This document shows positions 58,318 through 64,000 of a stretch of 64,000 nt of DNA, piece by piece (positions within the stretch are counted from its first letter, which is position 1; the number at the start of each line of letters is the position of its first letter). A program made the position numbers and the translations under genes. Origin of the DNA: Methanothrix sp. (GTDB lineage: Archaea; Halobacteriota; Methanosarcinia; Methanotrichales; Methanotrichaceae); the NCBI GenBank assembly GCA_963682135.1, contig OY821645.1, positions 2,432,001 to 2,496,000 of the forward strand, written 5' to 3'. The notes beneath the pieces were generated by a model, which saw only the letters and a list, made by a program, of their open reading frames with translations, did no database searches and was not told where the DNA came from.

Positions 58318-60634
58318 TGATTTTTCTCCCTGATTTGTTGTTGATTAACGAAATTGCTTTTTTAAGGTCCTGTTTAGCATTCTCAAATACTTCACGTTGA
58401 ATTTCCATTCGAATCGCTAAGACAACGAATACTGTGAAGGTGGTGATGAGAGCGAGTACTACTGACATCACAGTCACCACCCCGAAGTTGCTGATGATGT
58501 TGAAGGGCGATGCGATCAGGGCGGCAAAACCAAAGATCACGGTCATTCCCGACGCCATCAGAGCCGAACCTATACGGTTGGCAGTGATCTTCATTGCCTC
58601 ATAGGGGTCGCCGACATTGCCTAGCTCCTCATAGAAGCGTTCCATCATCAGTATGGCATACTCCGAGCCTACTCCCAGAACCAGAGCGCCTAACGTGGCC
58701 GTGAGAGGGGTGTACTTCATTCCGCCATAGTACATAACCAGGCCCATCCAGCCGATCACTACGAGCATGGGCAGCACAGGCAATAAGGCCTTGATGAGAT
58801 CTCTGTATATTATCAGGAGCAGGATGAATATCAGGACTAAGCCGAGCAGCGACATCTCCACTCTGCCTGATGTCAGAGCAGTCATGACCGTGGTCATAAG
58901 CACCGACTGGCCAGTTATCCTGACCGAAATCCCAGGTGGCGGGGTATTCCAGGCCAGGTCGTCTTCGTACGACGCGATCAATCGTGACATGCCCTCCGTA
59001 CCCAGATTGCTCTTGACATCGCCTATATTTACATCAACGACTGCGAGGTTATGGCCGCTCAGGTATGCATTGGTTACGGACGAAGGCAGAGTGGCAATTA
59101 TCTCCCTTATTCTCGTTTTATCATCCGGCAGCTCTCCACCATTGGCTGCTTTGACATAGGTGGCGATGCTTGTAGTTGCTTGCGTCCGGTCTTCTCTGGC
59201 TGTCAACAGGTAGCTCTGGAAATCATCTATCCACCTGAGATTTTCCGGGTCCGTAACATCGTCCGCCTGGATTAAAAAATTAATTGAGTCCGTCCCGCCA
59301 TAGATATTTTTCATATGTTTCAGATCAATCAGAGGGCCCAGGTCCTGGGGAATGTATTTCTCAGAATTCGTCTCTATGGGGACCAGTGTGTCTGCATAAT
59401 TTCCGGCAAGGGCGAAGATCAAAGCTACAGCCAGCACGGGTTTCCATTTTTCGATACTGTATGTTGCCATCTTCTGGACGATTGCCCCGAATGATGAGCC
59501 ATCCTCAGAATGGCCTCCCATCTTCTTCTTTCTGGGGGATCTTTTTTCTGACTGATAAAGGATTGTCACGTTCACAAAGAGGGCGGAGAGGTAGCACATG
59601 ATAAGGCCGATGATGCAGATCTTTCCGAAATCGTTGATCATAGGCACAGAGGAGCTGAGAAGCGAGACAAAGCCTGCCACAGTCACAGTCAGAGCGATTA
59701 TTACAGGAAATGCCACATGGTTTATGGTATTTATGGAAGCGTCTAGAATGGTTTCTCCTTTGCTCAACTCTTCATCTATCCGGTTGTGGAATTGTATGGC
59801 ATAGTCTATGCCTATTCCGATCATAATGGGAAACGCGGCAAATGTGACCATGCTCATCTTTATATGGAATAGACCCATGGCCCCGAAGGTCCAGATTATG
59901 CCCAGTAAGACTACGGGTATGGGAAGGAGAGACCATCTGACATGCCTGAAGAACAAAAGCAGAGCGACAACCATCAGCACCCCACACAGTGCAAGGATCG
60001 AGCCATTGCTACTGTTCATCAGCCCCGTAATTGATGCCTGGAAAGATGGGTCGCCCGTGACGATGGTGCTATACCCCGCAGGAAATTCTGCGAAATCTAG
60101 TGCATTATTTATTTCGAGGAGGAGCTTGCTTCGTTGTGCCTCAGAAAGGACGCCTGAAGTAGGCATGCCCACAATCATTCTGGAATGTTTGCGATCAGGC
60201 ATTAGGCTTTGGACAGCTGTGCCTGCGTTGGCCAGGATCTCGTCTATCCTCTCTTGAGAGGGGATACGGCGGATGCCGCTTATCTCATATTCCGCATCGG
60301 CTACGATGTCGGCTATGCTCGATACACCAGTAACATGTTCAACCTTCTTCATGTGATCGGACAGGCGCAGGCTGGCCGAAAGAACTTCGGCTTTTGCCAC
60401 ATCGTCGCCCTCTATCAGTATCATATTGCCATCAGAGCCGAAGTTTTCCTGATAGAGATGATCATATAGCTGATAGAGGGCCGAATCTTTTGACACAAAC
60501 GTCTCCGTAGTCATGCCCTGGCTCTCTATATTTTGTGCGTAGTGAAGAGAACCTAAAGTCATGAGAACTGTTATGGCTATGATTATTATCGGATTTCTGG
60601 TTATCCACGCACCTAATTGTTCCATGCCAATCAT
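58307..60634 (-). CDS. RND/MMPL (HAE3-like) transporter
   Basis: Two repeats with GIGIDYAIQF and GVGSEYAIL; start among ATGs at 60625-60685. Confidence 0.9.
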   Translation of the reverse strand: MIGMEQLGAWITRNPIIIIAITVLMTLGSLHYAQNIESQGMTTETFVSKDSALYQLYDHLYQENFGSDGNMILIEGDDVAKAEVLSASLRLSDHMKKVEHVTGVSSIADIVADAEYEISGIRRIPSQERIDEILANAGTAVQSLMPDRKHSRMIVGMPTSGVLSEAQRSKLLLEINNALDFAEFPAGYSTIVTGDPSFQASITGLMNSSNGSILALCGVLMVVALLLFFRHVRWSLLPIPVVLLGIIWTFGAMGLFHIKMSMVTFAAFPIMIGIGIDYAIQFHNRIDEELSKGETILDASINTINHVAFPVIIALTVTVAGFVSLLSSSVPMINDFGKICIIGLIMCYLSALFVNVTILYQSEKRSPRKKKMGGHSEDGSSFGAIVQKMATYSIEKWKPVLAVALIFALAGNYADTLVPIETNSEKYIPQDLGPLIDLKHMKNIYGGTDSINFLIQADDVTDPENLRWIDDFQSYLLTAREDRTQATTSIATYVKAANGGELPDDKTRIREIIATLPSSVTNAYLSGHNLAVVDVNIGDVKSNLGTEGMSRLIASYEDDLAWNTPPPGISVRITGQSVLMTTVMTALTSGRVEMSLLGLVLIFILLLIIYRDLIKALLPVLPMLVVIGWMGLVMYYGGMKYTPLTATLGALVLGVGSEYAILMMERFYEELGNVGDPYEAMKITANRIGSALMASGMTVIFGFAALIASPFNIISNFGVVTVMSVVLALITTFTVFVVLAIRMEIQREVFENAKQDLKKAISLINNKSGRKINGY

Positions 60635-60717
60635 GCCAATAAAACCTTCTATTCGGAGTTTGTAGAACGAACCGAATAAGCGCAAAATACTTAAACTTTG
60701 TGATCGATTAGCATAAT

Positions 60718-61242
60718 GTGAACGATGAAGAAAAGCTGGCGCTAAAGAAGCCCATCATTGATGCTTGCGTTAAATCCGCCCAAAAAAATGGGTGGAGCGA
60801 TGCGATGGGGATACTCAGGGGCACCCTTTTCCTGGAAAGCGAACCTGTGTCTCTCGATACACTGGCCGAGAAGACCGGCTACAGTAAAACGACAGTGCGC
60901 TCCAATATGAGCTATCTGGAAAACCTCGGCATGGTGCGACGCGTGGTAGGTCAGGCTGGCAAGCAGCACCGATATAAACAGCATCGTTATGCACTGGAGA
61001 CGGAAACGGAAGCAATGAGGCCGGTGGTTCTGTCTGCGGCAAAAGTGGAGGTCCAATCGGTTTTGCAGGCGCTTAATCAGATTGAGAAGAATCTAGAGGG
61101 CCATAGAGATGTGGCTGAAGAAATGAGCACCATCGTGCTAAAGACAAGGCAATTTTATGAGGAAATGGATAGAATTTTGCGCCTCATGGACCGGTACACT
61201 CTGAAAGAGCTGATTGAGATCTTAGAGAGAAATAAGAAATGA
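60718..61242 (+). CDS. GbsR/MarR-family transcriptional regulator
   Basis: G.LF..EPVSLDTLAEKTGYSKTTV..M..LE..GMV wHTH; divergent from the MMPL gene. Confidence 0.85.
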   Translation: MNDEEKLALKKPIIDACVKSAQKNGWSDAMGILRGTLFLESEPVSLDTLAEKTGYSKTTVRSNMSYLENLGMVRRVVGQAGKQHRYKQHRYALETETEAMRPVVLSAAKVEVQSVLQALNQIEKNLEGHRDVAEEMSTIVLKTRQFYEEMDRILRLMDRYTLKELIEILERNKK

Positions 61243-61878
61243 ATGGCTAACGCCGATAGAATGACCGACCGCGCCAAAGAGCTTGAGGCGGCAGCCAAGG
61301 ACATTAATCCGGCAACCTTGCAGGCGGCCAAAGCTGCTATCGATATAAACTGCCGGGAATATCTGCGCTGGGCTCTGCTCTTCTCCCGCCGCCTGGAGAC
61401 AATAAAACCTGAGGAGCTGCATAATTTCGCCCGCGCTTTGAGCCTCACAATGCTGGGCCACCTGCCCACCCGGCCTTCCACCTGTCCATTTTGCATCCAG
61501 TATGGACATGAAAAGAGCTGCAAGGGATGCGGCTATGCGGCCACGCACGGGCGCTGCGATGCAGACGATTCCGCTTTCAGCCTTTTCATCGAGGCTTTCC
61601 AGGAGCTGGGAAGGTTGATCTACCAGGATATGACTGCAAGCCAATCAGCATGCCTTCCAGTCGATACAAAGAGACTGCTATTTGCGCTCCTGCAAGCATC
61701 CCAAGAACTGGCAAGAGAGATGCAAGAAGATCTTCCATTATTCTCAGCCTTACAGCTCATGAGGCAAAAGCAAATTTACATAAATCGTATGATTTTGCAG
61801 CTGCCGTTATGTCTCTTCTCGGAAGATGTGCAAAAGCAGTGCAGCGTCTTGCAGTATCGTCTGGAAGGATACTGGTAA
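61243..61878 (+). CDS. Hypothetical protein with a CPFC-x8-CxxC-Y-x3-HGxC cluster
   Basis: Long ORF starting immediately after the regulator stop. Confidence 0.7.
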   Translation: MANADRMTDRAKELEAAAKDINPATLQAAKAAIDINCREYLRWALLFSRRLETIKPEELHNFARALSLTMLGHLPTRPSTCPFCIQYGHEKSCKGCGYAATHGRCDADDSAFSLFIEAFQELGRLIYQDMTASQSACLPVDTKRLLFALLQASQELAREMQEDLPLFSALQLMRQKQIYINRMILQLPLCLFSEDVQKQCSVLQYRLEGYW

Positions 61879-61952
61879 GTACTTTAAAAAAATAAAGAGG
61901 GAAACGTCAAGAACGGAGGAAGATGATGGAGCAATCTATTCTTGATCGCTCC

Positions 61953-62555
61953 TCATGCTGCATTTTCCAGATAGGCTCCCACCTCCTCTGATTCGGCGGC
62001 TTCAAAGCTAAGGTTAATTACAGACTCATAGCCTGCTTTGGACAAGCTCAATTCCCATGATCCGGGTGTTCCGCTGATGGCCGCAGCCCCGTTCGCATCT
62101 GTTATTGCGCTTATTTCGCTGCCGGCGGCATCTCGGCCCGTAATCTGAACGCCGGAAAGCTCGGTTCCATTCAAGCTTCCATCATAAACGTAGACTGTTA
62201 GCGTAATTGGCTGCGAAGATACCGTCTTTTTCAGATAAGCGGCAACTTCCTCGGTCTGCAGAGCATCATAAGACAGCTCGAGTGGCTGGTAGTTTGATTT
62301 TTCAAAGTCCAGCTGCCAGGTTCCGGGGCTGCCCTTAATAACGGCAACGCCGTCGGCGTCAGTTGTGGATGTCAGCGAATTTCCCTCTGCATCCTGACCT
62401 GTAATCCGGACGTCGGATAGCATAGTTCCGTTAAGATTGCCCTCGTGGACATAGATGCTTAGAGCGATCTCATCCTGAGCAGATGCAGCCAGCGCTGCAT
62501 AGCAGCCTATTAAGAGAAATGCCGCCAGCGCTGCCAGCAAGCGAAACGATTTCAT
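61953..62555 (-). CDS. Secreted protein with two tandem beta-sandwich (carboxypeptidase-regulatory-like) repeats
   Basis: Two copies of L..YV..G.LNGT.LS.V.ITG.DA.G.....TDA.G.A.I.G.PG.W.L...K..Y. Confidence 0.75.
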   Translation of the reverse strand: MKSFRLLAALAAFLLIGCYAALAASAQDEIALSIYVHEGNLNGTMLSDVRITGQDAEGNSLTSTTDADGVAVIKGSPGTWQLDFEKSNYQPLELSYDALQTEEVAAYLKKTVSSQPITLTVYVYDGSLNGTELSGVQITGRDAAGSEISAITDANGAAAISGTPGSWELSLSKAGYESVINLSFEAAESEEVGAYLENAA

Positions 62556-62567
62556 TTTAGTCCACCT

Positions 62568-63152
62568 TTATCTCCCGTGGTCCATCATCGACTTCATGGG
62601 CGGATGTTCTGGGAAATGCTTCTCATCCAAAGGCCTGAGAGGTCCGTTATGCATCTTATGATGCCAACCTTCCATCAGGGACTTCTTGGGGGGAACTTTC
62701 GAGTGATCATGGTCCATTATCGACCTATGCGGAGCATTTCCGTCGGGACCAGCGAAGCCGAAATTGGCGCCATCATGCTGCCCATCGCCCGGTTCGAGAT
62801 GCGACCAGGGGGCCGGTTCGTCATGCGGCGCGCCTTGCGTGCCTGGTTCATTACCTGATCCATCTGGTGCATCGGAAGGAGGCTTGATAGGACCTTTGGC
62901 AACCATATTCTGAGGGAGTGTATTGCAGCCTTTGAATTTGGGCGCATCAGGTGCCTGATCCTGCATCATGCCGTTGCCTTGACCGAAAGGCGCACCATTT
63001 CCCCCAGACATCATGGCATTATCCTGCCCTGGTCCCATATTGCTTCCCTGATTGCCATTTCGTCCATCTCTCTCGCCGCCTTGGGAAAAGGCTGGCGTGA
63101 CGAGAATGCACATGGCAACCATCATTAAAATGCACTTTGCTTTTGTTTCCAT
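62568..63152 (-). CDS. Secreted low-complexity Gly/Pro/Met/His-rich protein
   Basis: Signal peptide followed by a disordered region; SIMDH/SLMEG/SMMDH repeats. Confidence 0.65.
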   Translation of the reverse strand: METKAKCILMMVAMCILVTPAFSQGGERDGRNGNQGSNMGPGQDNAMMSGGNGAPFGQGNGMMQDQAPDAPKFKGCNTLPQNMVAKGPIKPPSDAPDGSGNEPGTQGAPHDEPAPWSHLEPGDGQHDGANFGFAGPDGNAPHRSIMDHDHSKVPPKKSLMEGWHHKMHNGPLRPLDEKHFPEHPPMKSMMDHGR

Positions 63153-63510
63153 TTTTCCACCACTCTCCTAAGATATGCTCTCCTTAATGGGGCGCATATC
63201 ACCTTTGCTGCTGCCACTGAACGATATATTAAGTTGTAACAGAACGAACGATAGATTTCGCCTAAAGCAAGAATCGAATATCAAAGGCAATTTATGCGCA
63301 AACATCTAAAAAGGAACATTTAGGAACCATTGGGCTGCATTTAGAACCATTAAACGGCTTATGAAAACATTCTTCACAAAATCAACCTCGGCTGGCATCG
63401 TATTCGAGCTAACGAGAAAACGACAACAAGCAAGTGCGCACTTAAATAGTCGATAGGCTCGTCGCAATGAGGCAAAAGGTTAATCCCCATGGCCTTCAAT
63501 TCAGAGATCA

Positions 63511-64000
63511 ATGAGTGCATGTCCCAGCCCAGACATCCGAAGGTGCGCCCTGGTCATCGCCACTTTGACCTCTTTCCTGCCGCCCTTCATGGCATCCTCC
63601 ATAAACATTGCTCTCCCCGCCATTGGAGACGAGTTCTCCATGGATGCCATCCTATTGAGCTGGATTGCCACCAGCTATCTGCTTTCTGCTGCAGTCTTCA
63701 TGGTGCCCTTCGGAAAAGTGGCTGACATCTACGGCATGAAGAAGGTCTTTTTCATAGGCCTTTTCATATTCACGGCATCATCCCTGGTCGCCTTCTTTGC
63801 TCCAACTTCCATGATCCTTATCGGCTCAAGGGTGTTGCAGGGCATCGGCAGCGCTATGATCTTCGGCACGGGAACTGCCATTCTGGTCAGCGTATTCCCC
63901 TTGCAGGAGCGGGGCAAGATATTGGGAATCAACGCCGCTTCCGTCTACCTGGGACTATCATTGGGGCCTTTCTTGGGGGGACTTCTCACCGAATATTTTG
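63511..64000 (+). CDS. MFS transporter (DHA2/EmrB-like), 3'-partial
   Basis: Hand translation: MSACPSPDIRRCALVIATLTSFLPPFMASSINIALPAIG..W..TSYLL..PFGKVADIYGMKKVF..SRVLQGIG..ERGKILG..LGPFLGG. Confidence 0.9.
   Translation, partial: MSACPSPDIRRCALVIATLTSFLPPFMASSINIALPAIGDEFSMDAILLSWIATSYLLSAAVFMVPFGKVADIYGMKKVFFIGLFIFTASSLVAFFAPTSMILIGSRVLQGIGSAMIFGTGTAILVSVFPLQERGKILGINAASVYLGLSLGPFLGGLLTEYF

Overview
Archaeal chromosomal window, most consistent with a Methanothrix (Methanosaeta)-like methanogen. This is inferred from gene content and protein style, not from a database search. Housekeeping content: the S10-spc ribosomal super-operon (rpl3 to secY, DUF106, cmk, cbf5, tRNA-Ser), bcp and larC, a tetrapyrrole cluster (hemL, hemC, cobA-hemD, ahbC-like), a trxA region, an aIF-1A/Rio1/KH/S2P operon, uppS, four tRNAs (two with introns), a KaiC-like/glycogen-synthase/GT4/GalT cluster, hydantoinase plus HDAC, an MMPL/COG1361 locus and a partial MFS gene. 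Mobile elements are a solo IS200/IS605 tnpA and an IS1634 with terminal inverted repeats (TIRs) and a 6-bp target-site duplication (TSD). The most striking signal is two independent cassette arrays of toxin-antitoxin (TA)/defence genes, in which the cassettes are separated by repeated copies of the 3' end of a restriction-modification (R-M) gene. At 23.6-27.6 kb there are three ~92-96 bp copies of an hsdS C-terminus (..ALLPAVLERAFRGEL*) behind an hsdR remnant. At 44.6-53.5 kb there are seven ~155-235 bp copies of a type IIG R-M C-terminus (..TDGQIDALVYELYGLTEEEI..) behind a type IIG N-terminal remnant, separating six different two-gene TA-like modules. No integrase is present in the window. 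Also notable is a probable CUG start codon on aIF-1A, and possibly on hemC.
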